Assembly (NCBI GenBank): GCA_038062835.1
Contig: JBBTWH010000033.1
Location: 1 to 54,781, forward strand
DNA from: Patescibacteria group bacterium
GTDB lineage: Bacteria > Patescibacteriota > Patescibacteriia > SG8-24 > DYFX01
DNA length: 54,781 nucleotides
Direction of reading: 5' to 3'
Shown here: positions 8,974 to 17,466 of the stretch, piece after piece
Position numbering within the stretch: the stretch's first letter is position 1
Layout: the number at the start of each line of letters is the position of its first letter
Notes under the pieces: generated by a model
Seen by the model: only the letters and a program-made list of their open reading frames with translations
Told to the model about the DNA's origin: nothing
The model's database searches: none
Made by a program: the position numbers and the translations under genes

Positions 8974-9026
8974 CCGCGTAAAGGACGTAAAGAACGCTGC
9001 GCGTTCCACGTCCCACGCGGCAAGCA

Positions 9027-9063
9027 CGAAAAAGACCGACGCATGCGTCGGTCGTTTTATTTT
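9027..9063. terminator. Bidirectional intrinsic terminator between convergent genes
   Basis: Palindromic stem GACCGACGCATGCGTCGGTC (9034-9053) flanked by an A-run (9027-9033) and a T-run (9054-9063). Confidence 0.8.
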
Positions 9064-10157
9064 CCCCAGAGCTTCCGGTAGACGGCGCGGAACTCCTTCA
9101 CGTACAGGAGCGAGCCTTCGCCGATGCCGTTGCCCGGCTCGTCCCAGTCCTCGCCGTGCGCGGCGTAGACCTTGGCGGCCCCGTTCTGCCCGTGGTTGTA
9201 GGCCGCGGCCAGGTAGGCGCCGAGCTCCTCATCGTCCTCGGCGAGCTTCTTGAGATCGGCCGCGTCAAGCTGGGCAAGCGCGTAGTCGATGAAGCAATAC
9301 TGGATCTTCACCGCGTTCCGGTGATCGCGCATGCCCTTCAGGAAGTCCTTCGTGATATTCGCTTCAGGGTACTTCGCGCGGATCTCGGCGTAGGTCGTCG
9401 GAATGAACTGCGCGAGGCCGCCGGCGGCCTTCTCGGAGATCGCGTAGTCGTAGGAGTCGTCCTTGTTGGCGCCGATCGTCGCGAGCACGCGGTTCATCGT
9501 ATCGTCGACGCCGCGCGCCGTGAAGTCGTCCGGATCGATGTGCTCGATGACGAGCAGCGTCATCAGCACCTTCCACGGCACGGCTTCCGTCACGAGGCGT
9601 TCGCCGTCCGCGCGCGAGGCGACGTCGAGATCGTCGAGCTTGTCGCCGGCCCTCTCGACGAGACCCTCGAGATAGCGCCGTCCCGCCTCGCGGAACTGCG
9701 GCGCGTCTATATGGTCGCCGTACGGAACGTACGTCGCCGGCATCGATCGCCGTCCGCGCAGGTCCTTGCGGACGTTGGTGCGGATAGCCAGCACGTGCCA
9801 GTCCTCCGGACGCTCTATCTCGTAGCGCGTGTTGACTCCGTTCGGCTTGCCGACGATCTTCACGTCGAAGCCTTCGGTCTTGGAGCGGCCGTTGCGGACG
9901 TTGACGAGGCGGACGTCCTTCGTCCCCTCCTTCCACGCCGCCAGCACGGCCTGCTCGCCGCCGACGCGCGTCGTGCCGACCCTCCCCTTCTTGAGCGCCT
10001 TCTTGGCGACCGGGAGCATCTTCTCGACGCCCTTCGGCGCCTTGCGTCCGCTGCCATCGGCATACGACGAGGCGACTGGGCCGATGACGGCCATGCCGAA
10101 CCAGAAGAAAGCTCCGGCGAGCGCAGCGACGAAGACGAGCGTGCGAAGACGTGGCAT
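9057..10157 (-). CDS. Secreted/membrane-anchored lytic transglycosylase (SLT domain) with an N-terminal domain of unknown function
   Basis: 366 aa. N-terminal signal/anchor LVFVAALAGAFFWFGMAVIG. C-terminal EKAAGGLAQFIPTTY ... AAAYNHG motifs are typical of SLT/goose-lysozyme-like transglycosylases. Confidence 0.7.
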   Translation of the reverse strand: MPRLRTLVFVAALAGAFFWFGMAVIGPVASSYADGSGRKAPKGVEKMLPVAKKALKKGRVGTTRVGGEQAVLAAWKEGTKDVRLVNVRNGRSKTEGFDVKIVGKPNGVNTRYEIERPEDWHVLAIRTNVRKDLRGRRSMPATYVPYGDHIDAPQFREAGRRYLEGLVERAGDKLDDLDVASRADGERLVTEAVPWKVLMTLLVIEHIDPDDFTARGVDDTMNRVLATIGANKDDSYDYAISEKAAGGLAQFIPTTYAEIRAKYPEANITKDFLKGMRDHRNAVKIQYCFIDYALAQLDAADLKKLAEDDEELGAYLAAAYNHGQNGAAKVYAAHGEDWDEPGNGIGEGSLLYVKEFRAVYRKLWGK

Positions 10158-10221
10158 CTGGACCTCCTCTTGGAATGAACCGTATGCAGCCTAGCGCGCG
10201 CTTTCGACGCTGACAACTCCG

Positions 10222-10251
10222 GAAAAGCGAAACCCGGCCGTGAAGCCGGGT
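10222..10251 (-). terminator. Intrinsic terminator downstream of the 10258-11469 gene
   Basis: Stem ACCCGGC (10232-10238) / GCCGGGT (10245-10251); on the minus strand it is followed by TTCGCTTTTCC. Confidence 0.6.
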
Positions 10252-10257
10252 CGCGCG

Positions 10258-11469
10258 CTACAGCAGTTTTTCGAGGTTCCGACGGAAGCGCCAGGCGGCG
10301 ACGCGATTGGACGTGATGACGGTGATGCCGGCCACGACGCTCTCGGTGGAACCGACCAGCGCCAGGATCCAGCCGTTGTGCATCAGTCCGGTGACGGCGG
10401 CCAACATGCCGGCGAACGGCGCCAGCGTCGCGCCTAACAAGATTCCGAGCTGCGCTGGATTGGTGAAGTCCTGGATCATCGCGGTCTTCAGGACGGAGAC
10501 GCTGCCCGCGTGAGCGTGCAGTTTCCCCTCGATCATGAGCGACTGCACCGCCTTGCGGTACATGCCGATGCTCTGGATGACGGTGGTGAGCGATAAGGCC
10601 ACGGCCGAAAGCCCGAAGACGGCGCCGGCCAGGAGCAGGCGGTTCTCGCGGATGAGCGGTTCGACCTGGAACACGCCGTAGGTCGCGATCGCGAAGACGG
10701 GCACCAGGACGATGAAGCGCTTCCGGAGCGTCTTCCAGGAGAAGCCGGAACCGCGCAGCGCCATGATCTCGGCAGCCTCGCCGAGCAGGTCATCCGTCGA
10801 AGCCGCGAAAATCTTGCCGAAGCCGCTGGCGTATTTCTCCAGCACGTGCGCGACGGGGCCGATGACGAGCATCGCCTTGATGACGCTCTGCGCGATCTCG
10901 GTGCGTTCGTTGGCGTTGTCGACGACGGCGCGGTGGACGATGGCGTCGATCGCCAGCGGATAGACCGTCTCCGACAGCTCGTTCATGAAGCGGCGGTCCT
11001 CGTCGGCGATGCCGAGGTTGTCCTCGTCGATCAGCACCAGGCGCTTGAAGGTCAGACGCGCGTCGAGGATTGCGCGCACGTCCGCGTCCAGATCGGCGCC
11101 GTGCTCTTTGGAGCGCCGGCGATCGGCTTCGGTGAAGATCGGCAGGTGCTTCTCCCTGAGGAGTTCCGGAAGCCACGTCAGGATGCAGTTATGCTGGGAG
11201 TGGAAACTGACGTGCTTCACGGCCTCAAGCACGCGCTCGGGCGTGCGCTCGACGGTGCGGACGCCGATGGCCTTGCCGGAGCCGAGCAGGACGCGCAGGC
11301 GCTCCTTGGCCTCCGGCATCTTCTTGAAGACGTAGCGGAGCTCGACCGGGAGGAATTCGTCCCAGTCCAGCTCCTCCGGCAGCGAGACGACCTTCACGGA
11401 ATAGGAACCGACGGGCGCCCGCTTCGGCGGGTCGAGCTTCCTCTTCAGGAATTTGGGGAGGAGATCCAT
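10258..11469 (-). CDS. Hypothetical membrane protein (cytoplasmic N-terminal ~230 aa plus ~4 C-terminal TM helices)
   Basis: 403-aa ORF with hydrophobic segments in the C-terminal 170 aa. No recognized motif. Confidence 0.55.
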   Translation of the reverse strand: MDLLPKFLKRKLDPPKRAPVGSYSVKVVSLPEELDWDEFLPVELRYVFKKMPEAKERLRVLLGSGKAIGVRTVERTPERVLEAVKHVSFHSQHNCILTWLPELLREKHLPIFTEADRRRSKEHGADLDADVRAILDARLTFKRLVLIDEDNLGIADEDRRFMNELSETVYPLAIDAIVHRAVVDNANERTEIAQSVIKAMLVIGPVAHVLEKYASGFGKIFAASTDDLLGEAAEIMALRGSGFSWKTLRKRFIVLVPVFAIATYGVFQVEPLIRENRLLLAGAVFGLSAVALSLTTVIQSIGMYRKAVQSLMIEGKLHAHAGSVSVLKTAMIQDFTNPAQLGILLGATLAPFAGMLAAVTGLMHNGWILALVGSTESVVAGITVITSNRVAAWRFRRNLEKLL

Positions 11470-11484
11470 ACCGCGACAGCGTAA

Positions 11485-11513
11485 CGAAAAACCGGCCTCG
11501 CGTCGAGGTCGGT
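11485..11513 (-). terminator. Intrinsic terminator downstream of the 11513-12064 gene
   Basis: 10-bp stem ACCGGCCTCG / CGAGGTCGGT (one mismatch/wobble); on the minus strand it is followed by TTTTCGTT. Confidence 0.55.
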
Positions 11514-12064
11514 CATGTCCGGTCCGGAATCGCGCAGGCGGCGGGTTCGGCGATCTTCTTGGAAATGCTGATGGTCGAAGCGGCCAGGACCGCGAGGCCG
11601 AGCCAGGCGAATTCCTGTCCGCGGAACGGCAGCGCGGCGACGGCCCCGATGCCGAGCAGGCTCGCCAGCACGACCGAGCCGCAGGCCGCGCAGCCGATGC
11701 CGAGCAGGCCGACGATGATGCCGACGACGCTCGCTCCGGCCACGTGATTGATGCGAACCTGGTCGCGCATATAGCGGAAGACCAGCGCCGAGTTCAGGCC
11801 GAAAAACGCCGCCAGCGGGAACGCGAGCCAACCGCCGGGGTGGTCGAACGCGGCGCGACCTGCCCAGAGAACCTGCGCGGCGGTGCGCAGCTTGAGTCCG
11901 AGCGTGAATTCCGAAGCGCCGAAGGTGAAGCCGAGAAGCTTCAGGTTCGGGAGCAGGACGGTCAAGAGGACGACGAACAGCGCGCCGCACGCGGCGGCGA
12001 CGTAGCCGGACGGTCCCGCGAAGGACTTCCGGAGGGCGATGCGGAGATGTTCAAGACGCTTCAT
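11513..12064 (-). CDS. Polytopic membrane protein with intramembrane CAAC dithiol motif, co-transcribed with the suf operon
   Basis: 183 aa, ~5 hydrophobic segments. GLLGIGCAACGSVVLASLLGIG motif. Starts only 12 nt after sufT, with no terminator between. Confidence 0.55.
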   Translation of the reverse strand: MKRLEHLRIALRKSFAGPSGYVAAACGALFVVLLTVLLPNLKLLGFTFGASEFTLGLKLRTAAQVLWAGRAAFDHPGGWLAFPLAAFFGLNSALVFRYMRDQVRINHVAGASVVGIIVGLLGIGCAACGSVVLASLLGIGAVAALPFRGQEFAWLGLAVLAASTISISKKIAEPAACAIPDRT

Positions 12065-12076
12065 GCGCCTAGCGTA

Positions 12077-12367
12077 TCACACGCCGAGCATCGCGCGGAG
12101 TTCCGGCGTCGGTTCCCAGGGCGGATCGAAGGTGACTTCGATGTCGACGACGCGCAGGCCGAGCATCAGCAAGTTGCGCTTCAGCTCGCCGATGAGCTGG
12201 GGGCCGAAGGGGCACAGCGGCGTGGTGAAGGTCATCTTCACCTTGAGGATCTCGTCGTCCGCGTCGAGCTCGTAGCCGTAGATGAGGCCGAGCGTGTAGA
12301 TGTCGATGTGGAGTTCCGGGTCCTGCGTCTTCTTGAAGACTTCGAGCACTTTCTCTTTCATCGTCAT
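12077..12367 (-). CDS. sufT: SufT/DUF59 (MIP18-family) Fe-S cluster assembly protein
   Basis: 96 aa. DPELHIDIYTLGLIY ... TFTTPLCPFGP motif is characteristic of DUF59. Terminal position in the suf operon. Confidence 0.8.
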   Translation of the reverse strand: MTMKEKVLEVFKKTQDPELHIDIYTLGLIYGYELDADDEILKVKMTFTTPLCPFGPQLIGELKRNLLMLGLRVVDIEVTFDPPWEPTPELRAMLGV

Positions 12368-12368
12368 A

Positions 12369-13103
12369 TCACTTGGTGACGGATTCGTAGCCTTCCTTGC
12401 CGATGCGTTCCGCCAACTCCTTGCCGCCTTCAGCGACGATCATGCCGTCCTTCATGACATGCACGACGTCGGGCGCGAGCGCTTCGAGCATCTTCGGATT
12501 GTGGCTGATGACCAGGATGCCGATGCGTTCACCGCGCAGGCGCGCCAGGCCGTCGGTGACGATCTTGAGCGCGTCGACGTCGAGGCCGGAGTCGGTCTCG
12601 TCGAGCACGGCGTAAGCCGGGTCGAGCACCGAGAGCTGCAGCACTTCCGCGCGCTTCTTCTCGCCGCCGGAGAAGCCGGCGTTGAGATGGCGGCGGGCGA
12701 AGAGCGGATCGATCTTCAGGTCTTCCATCCGCGCCTGGAGCAGGGCGTGGAATTCCATGACGGAGAGCGGGGCGTCCTTCACCGCATTGTAGGCGGTGCG
12801 CAGGAAGTTCGAAAGCGTCACGCCGGGGATCTCCGGCGTGGACTGCATCGAGAGGAAGATGCCAGCCTTGGCGCGCTCGTGCGGCGCGGCGGAGGTGACA
12901 TCGACGCCGTCGACGAGCACGCGGCCGGCGGTCACGACGCACGACGGGTGTCCGGCGATGGCGCCGGCGAGCGTCGACTTGCCGGAGCCGTTAGGCCCCA
13001 TCAGCGCGTGGACTTCGCCTTTCTTCACTTCGAGCGAGAGGCCTTTGACGATCTCCTTGCCTTCGCGCGACACCTTCAGGTTTTCGATCTTGAGTGCGTT
13101 CAT
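12369..13103 (-). CDS. sufC: SufC, Fe-S cluster assembly ATPase
   Basis: 244 aa. Walker A GPNGSGKST, ABC signature FSGGEKKR, Walker B AVLDETDSGLD. Confidence 0.9.
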   Translation of the reverse strand: MNALKIENLKVSREGKEIVKGLSLEVKKGEVHALMGPNGSGKSTLAGAIAGHPSCVVTAGRVLVDGVDVTSAAPHERAKAGIFLSMQSTPEIPGVTLSNFLRTAYNAVKDAPLSVMEFHALLQARMEDLKIDPLFARRHLNAGFSGGEKKRAEVLQLSVLDPAYAVLDETDSGLDVDALKIVTDGLARLRGERIGILVISHNPKMLEALAPDVVHVMKDGMIVAEGGKELAERIGKEGYESVTK

Positions 13104-13104
13104 A

Positions 13105-13479
13105 TCATTTCTTGTTGGCGAGAGCGGACTTGAGGGTGCGGAGCGGGAGCATCGCGCATTTCATGCGCATCGGACCGACGTCGATGCCGAGCAGCTCGAG
13201 GATGTCGCGTTCGCCGAGGCTCATGACGTCGGCCAGCGGGCGCCCCTTGATGCGGTCGGTCAGCATCGAGACGCTCGCGGTGCTGACGGCACAGCCCTTG
13301 CCGTCGAACTTCACGTCCTTCACGCGATCGCAATCGTCGAGGACCAAGAACAGCTCGATGACGTCGCCGCAGGAGGGATTCAGCTCCTTCGCGCTCAGCG
13401 TCGCATCCTCAAGCCGCCCCGCGTTATGGGGGTGCTTGTAGTGATCGAGGATGTTCTCCATGTAGAGATTCTCTTCCAT
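13105..13479 (-). CDS. sufU: SufU/IscU-like Fe-S scaffold / sulfur acceptor
   Basis: 124 aa. LDHYKHPHN, NPSCGD, GKGCAVSTAS and C-terminal Cys motifs of the NifU-N/SufU family. Adjacent to sufS. Confidence 0.85.
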   Translation of the reverse strand: MEENLYMENILDHYKHPHNAGRLEDATLSAKELNPSCGDVIELFLVLDDCDRVKDVKFDGKGCAVSTASVSMLTDRIKGRPLADVMSLGERDILELLGIDVGPMRMKCAMLPLRTLKSALANKK

Positions 13480-13480
13480 A

Positions 13481-14719
13481 TCAGATCTTCAGGACGGCTT
13501 TCGCCTTGAGGAGCGCGTCGACGAGCGCGTCGACGTCCTTCTCTTCGTTATAGATGCCGAAGCTGGCGCGCGTCGTGCCGGCGATGCCGAGCTTCGACAT
13601 CAGCGGCATGGCGCAGTGGTGGCCGCCGCGGACGGCGACGCCTTCGCGGTCGAGGAGCGTGGCGAGGTCGTGCGGATGCGCGCCTTCGACCACGAACGAA
13701 ATGACCCCGATCCGCTTCGCCCGCGAATTTTCACGGTCGTGAAAATTTGCGGCTATGGGTCCGATCAGGCGGACGCCGGGGACTGCGGAGAGCTTTTTCA
13801 GCGCGTACGCCGTCAGCTCGCGATCATGCGCCTCGACGTTTTCCATGCCGATGTCCATGAGATATCCGAGTGCGGCGCCGAATCCGATGACGCCGGCGAT
13901 GTTGGGCGTACCCGCTTCGAACTTCCACGGGGGTTCGTTCCAGGTGGACGATCCGAGCTTCACTTCGCGGATCATGTCGCCTCCGTAGCGCGACGGCTCC
14001 AGCTTCTCGAGCAGCGCCTTCTTGCCGTAGAGCGCGCCGACGCCGGTCGGGCCGTACGTCTTGTGCGCCGAGAACGCGAGGAAGTCGCAATCGAGTTCGC
14101 GGACGTCGAGCTTCATATGCGCGGCCGACTGCGCGGCATCGAGGATGATGACGGCACCGACAGCGTGCGCGAGGACGGCGAGCCCCTTCACGGGGTTCAC
14201 CGTGCCGAGCGCGTTCGAGGCGTGCACGACGGAGACGGCCTTGGTCTTCGGCGTGATGAGGGCGCGCGCCGCGTCCATGTCGAGCGTGAAGTCCGGCCTC
14301 ATCGGGATGAACTTCAGCGCGAAGCCGTGACGCTTTGCGGCTTCCTGCCAGGGCACGAGGTCGGCGTGATGCTCCATCTCGGTCAGCACGACCTCATCTC
14401 CGGGACCGAACATACGGCCGAGCGAGGACGCGAGCAGGTTCAACGCGTCGGTCGTGCCGGACGTGAAGACGATCTCGTCGGCGGACGCGTTCAGGAATTT
14501 CGCGGCGACTTCGCGGACGGCCTCGTAACGCTCCGTCGCCTTCGCGGACGTCGCATACATGCCGCGATGCACGTTGGCGCGGAAATTAGAATAGTAATCG
14601 TCCATCGCTTCGAGCGCCGGTTTCGGCGTGAGCGAGGACGCGGCCGAATCCAAGTAGGCCCGCATGTCCATGGCATGAAGCGAAGGGAAATCCTTCAGGA
14701 TGTCGGCGGAAAGTTTCAT
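13481..14719 (-). CDS. sufS: SufS, class II cysteine desulfurase
   Basis: 412 aa. PLP lysine context SAHKTYGPTGVGALYGK and active-site loop RGGHHCAMPL. Confidence 0.9.
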   Translation of the reverse strand: MKLSADILKDFPSLHAMDMRAYLDSAASSLTPKPALEAMDDYYSNFRANVHRGMYATSAKATERYEAVREVAAKFLNASADEIVFTSGTTDALNLLASSLGRMFGPGDEVVLTEMEHHADLVPWQEAAKRHGFALKFIPMRPDFTLDMDAARALITPKTKAVSVVHASNALGTVNPVKGLAVLAHAVGAVIILDAAQSAAHMKLDVRELDCDFLAFSAHKTYGPTGVGALYGKKALLEKLEPSRYGGDMIREVKLGSSTWNEPPWKFEAGTPNIAGVIGFGAALGYLMDIGMENVEAHDRELTAYALKKLSAVPGVRLIGPIAANFHDRENSRAKRIGVISFVVEGAHPHDLATLLDREGVAVRGGHHCAMPLMSKLGIAGTTRASFGIYNEEKDVDALVDALLKAKAVLKI

Positions 14720-14720
14720 A

Positions 14721-15590
14721 TCAGGAAAGTTTGGCGAGATACGGTTCCATGAACGCGTCGATGAGCATCGACTCGGCGGAAGCGCGGTCGAGGCCGCGTG
14801 ACATCAGGTAAAACATCTTCTCGGCGTCGATGCGACCGACGGTCGCGGCATGCGAACAGCGGACGTCCTGGTTCCCGATCTCGAGCATCGGCACGGCGTC
14901 GATCTCGGCGGCGTCGGAGAGCAGAAGCGTCTCCTCCTTCTGACGGCTGATGCAGCCCGGAGCGTCCTTCTCGACGCGCACCAGGCCGCGAACGATCGCT
15001 TTCGCGTCGCCAGCGAGCACGCTGCCGACGCGGAGGTTCGAGGTCGTGCGCGGAGCGGCGTGGACGATCTCATGGAACACGTCGAAGCGCTGCTTGCCGC
15101 CGCCGCGGAGCAGGCTCGTCGCTTCGACAGAGGCGCCTTCGCCTTCCAAACGCGTCACGAAGACGGCGCGCGCGAAGTCCTGCGTGGAAGTCTCGTCGAT
15201 CCATTCGAGCTTCGCGCCTTCGGCGAGGCGCGCGGTGCGATGCACGGATTCGAACGGGGTGCCGTTCGCGGGCAAAACTGCACGGTCGCGCATAATTGCC
15301 CGCGAACCGGAAACGTATGCGGCGGCGGCGGCGGCGCCGAGATCGATTTCGACGACGCTTTCGCGCGGACCCTCCGAAATCTCGACGAAGCGCGCTTTCG
15401 CGCCCGCGCCCATGGAAATCCTCACCGACGACCGGCCCGCCGGGACGTCAATCGGAACGGTACCCGCGTCTTCCCCCGCCGCGACCGTGTACGAAAATGC
15501 GTCACCTGACGCAAAACGGTTCAGGTCGAATCCTTCCGGGGCCTCGGGCATGAAGATGCCGATGCCGTATTTGAGGAGTTTCATCGCCAT
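14721..15590 (-). CDS. sufD: SufD (short form)
   Basis: 289 aa. C-terminal beta-helix region with CSHAATVGRIDAEKMFYLMSRGL, typical of SufB/SufD. Lies between sufB and sufS. Confidence 0.8.
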   Translation of the reverse strand: MAMKLLKYGIGIFMPEAPEGFDLNRFASGDAFSYTVAAGEDAGTVPIDVPAGRSSVRISMGAGAKARFVEISEGPRESVVEIDLGAAAAAAYVSGSRAIMRDRAVLPANGTPFESVHRTARLAEGAKLEWIDETSTQDFARAVFVTRLEGEGASVEATSLLRGGGKQRFDVFHEIVHAAPRTTSNLRVGSVLAGDAKAIVRGLVRVEKDAPGCISRQKEETLLLSDAAEIDAVPMLEIGNQDVRCSHAATVGRIDAEKMFYLMSRGLDRASAESMLIDAFMEPYLAKLS

Positions 15591-15591
15591 A

Positions 15592-16980
15592 TCAACCGAC
15601 AGAACCTTCCATTTCCGATTCGATGAGCTTGTTCAGCTCCACGGCGTATTCCAAAGGCAACGACTTCACGATCGGCTCGACGAAGCCGCTCACGATCATC
15701 CGCATCGCGGCGTCCTGCGAGAGGCCGCGCGACATCAGATAGAAGAGCTCCTCTTCGCCGATCTTGCCGACCGTCGCTTCGTGCGCGACCTCGACCTTAT
15801 CGGTCGTGATCTTCATGAACGGATACGTGTTCGAGACGGAGCCCTCGTCGATCAGAAGCGCGTCGCAGTTCACGCTCGACTTCGAGCCGGCCGCCGCATG
15901 CGTGGCGCTGACGTAGCCGCGGTACGACGAGATGCCGCCGCCCTTCGAGATGCTCTTGGCGCGGATGGTGCTGGTGGTATTCGGCGCGGCGTGGATGACC
16001 TTCGAACCGGTGTCCTGGTTCTGTCCGGGACCGGCGAAGGCGACGCCCAGCGAATGCGACTGTGCACGCTCGCCGCGCAAGATCGAACACGGGTAAAGCA
16101 TCGTGACGCCCGAACCCATGTTGCCGTTGATCCATTCGACGACGCCGTCTCCGTCGACCACCGCGCGCTTGGTGTTCAGGTTGTAGGTGTTCTTGCTCCA
16201 GTTCTCGACGCTCGAATAGCGGATGCGCGCGCCTTTGAGGACGTGCAGCTCGACGCAGCCGGCGTGAATCGAACTAGCGTTCCAGCGCGGCGCGGAACAG
16301 CCTTCGATGTACTGCACCTCGCTCCCCTCGTCGGCGATGATGAGCGTGTGTTCGAACTGGCCGCCGCGTTCGGCGTTCATGCGGAAGTACGCCTGGAGCG
16401 GCACGTTCACCTTCACGCCTTTCGGCACGTAGATGAAGGTGCCGCCGCTCCAGACCGCGGCGTGCAGCATGATGAACTTGTGATCGTGCGGCGGGATGCA
16501 GTCGGTCATGAAGTGTTTCTTCACGAGTTCCGGATACTTCTGCACCGCGACATCCATGTTCTCGAAGATGACGCCTTTGTCCTCCCACTCCTTCTTGAGG
16601 TTGTGGTAGACCATCTCGGAATCGTACTGCGCGCCGACGCCGGAGAGCGCGTGGCGTTCCGCTTCGGGGATGCCGAGCTTCTCGAAGGTCTCGCGGATCT
16701 TGTCCGGCACGGTCGCCCACGACTGCGATTCTTCGGCGTCGGGGCGCACGAAATACGTGATCTGATCGAGATCGAGTCCTTCGAGCGACGGACCCCACGA
16801 CGGCATCGGCGTGCGCTTGAACATCGCGAAGGCCTTGAGGCGCAGCTCGAGCATCCAATCAGGCTCGTTCTTGGACGCCGAAATCTCCCGGACCACATCT
16901 TCGGTGATGCCGAGCTCGGCCGCATGGCGGGTCACGCCTTCGGCCGCCTTGTCGTAGACGTCGCGGAACTGATCAGCCAT
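15592..16980 (-). CDS. sufB: SufB, Fe-S cluster assembly scaffold
   Basis: 462 aa with conserved SufB blocks (GGTFIYVPKGV, HEATVGKIGEEELFYLMSRGL). Confidence 0.9.
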   Translation of the reverse strand: MADQFRDVYDKAAEGVTRHAAELGITEDVVREISASKNEPDWMLELRLKAFAMFKRTPMPSWGPSLEGLDLDQITYFVRPDAEESQSWATVPDKIRETFEKLGIPEAERHALSGVGAQYDSEMVYHNLKKEWEDKGVIFENMDVAVQKYPELVKKHFMTDCIPPHDHKFIMLHAAVWSGGTFIYVPKGVKVNVPLQAYFRMNAERGGQFEHTLIIADEGSEVQYIEGCSAPRWNASSIHAGCVELHVLKGARIRYSSVENWSKNTYNLNTKRAVVDGDGVVEWINGNMGSGVTMLYPCSILRGERAQSHSLGVAFAGPGQNQDTGSKVIHAAPNTTSTIRAKSISKGGGISSYRGYVSATHAAAGSKSSVNCDALLIDEGSVSNTYPFMKITTDKVEVAHEATVGKIGEEELFYLMSRGLSQDAAMRMIVSGFVEPIVKSLPLEYAVELNKLIESEMEGSVG

Positions 16981-16981
16981 A

Positions 16982-17392
16982 TCAAGCGAGGTCCGCGACC
17001 GTCGTGTTCATCAGCGTGGCCATCACCTGGCCCTGGACCTTCTGGATGATGGCGGGCCCTGCCACGTGGGCGCGGAGCGCCTTTACGTGGGCGGTGCACC
17101 CCTCGATCTCCATCGGACCCTCGACGGCGTTCAGCACCTCGGCGACGGTCAGCGCCTTCGGATCGCGCAGGAGGCGATAGCCGCCGGCCGCGCCGCGGAG
17201 CCCTTCGACGATCTTGGCGCGGCGAAGCTCGCCCGCCACCTCTTCCAGGAACTTGCGCGAAGCCCCCGTCTTCTTGGAAACCGCCTCAAGCGAAACGAGC
17301 TCCCCCGGATGGAGAGCAAGTTCAGACGCGAGGAGCAGGCCGAGTTCGGCCTTGCGGGTGACCTTGAGGAGGGATTTCATGAGACTTGTCAT
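16982..17392 (-). CDS. Rrf2-family transcriptional regulator (IscR/SufR-like), first gene of the suf operon
   Basis: 136 aa. N-terminal winged-helix motif with AGGYRL in GLRGAAGGYRLLRDP. Only one Cys (EIEGCTAH) is seen, so cluster ligation is uncertain. Confidence 0.8.
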   Translation of the reverse strand: MTSLMKSLLKVTRKAELGLLLASELALHPGELVSLEAVSKKTGASRKFLEEVAGELRRAKIVEGLRGAAGGYRLLRDPKALTVAEVLNAVEGPMEIEGCTAHVKALRAHVAGPAIIQKVQGQVMATLMNTTVADLA

Positions 17393-17458
17393 CCTGAACG
17401 CAGTGAAGGATCTCCTTTGTCGTAAATAAGGCAGATTCTTCGCTTCGCTCAGAATGAC
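17388..17458. repeat. Pair of inverted GTCATyCTGArCG..GAAGrATCT hairpin modules (REP/MITE-like) in the suf leader
   Basis: GTCATCCTGAACGCAGTGAAGGATCT (17388-17413) and the reverse complement of 17433-17458, GTCATTCTGAGCGAAGCGAAGAATCT, match at 21/26 positions. The first module overlaps the Rrf2 start codon. Confidence 0.6.
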
Positions 17459-17466
17459 AAAATAAT

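Noticed and set aside
6273-8981. Very long antisense or out-of-frame ORFs in the six-frame track: 902 aa at 6273-8981 (+), 1,074 aa at 49148-52372 (+), 699 aa at 14950-17049 (+), 586 aa at 42506-44266 (+), 528 aa at 21281-22867 (-), 543 aa at 52444-54075 (+), and many others
   Set aside because: They lie opposite or overlap genes with unmistakable conserved motifs (pilB, lyase, sufB/sufD, giant protein, hisS). Their translations are Arg/Gly/Asp/Ala-rich low-complexity sequence, typical of stop-codon-poor antisense frames in high-GC DNA.
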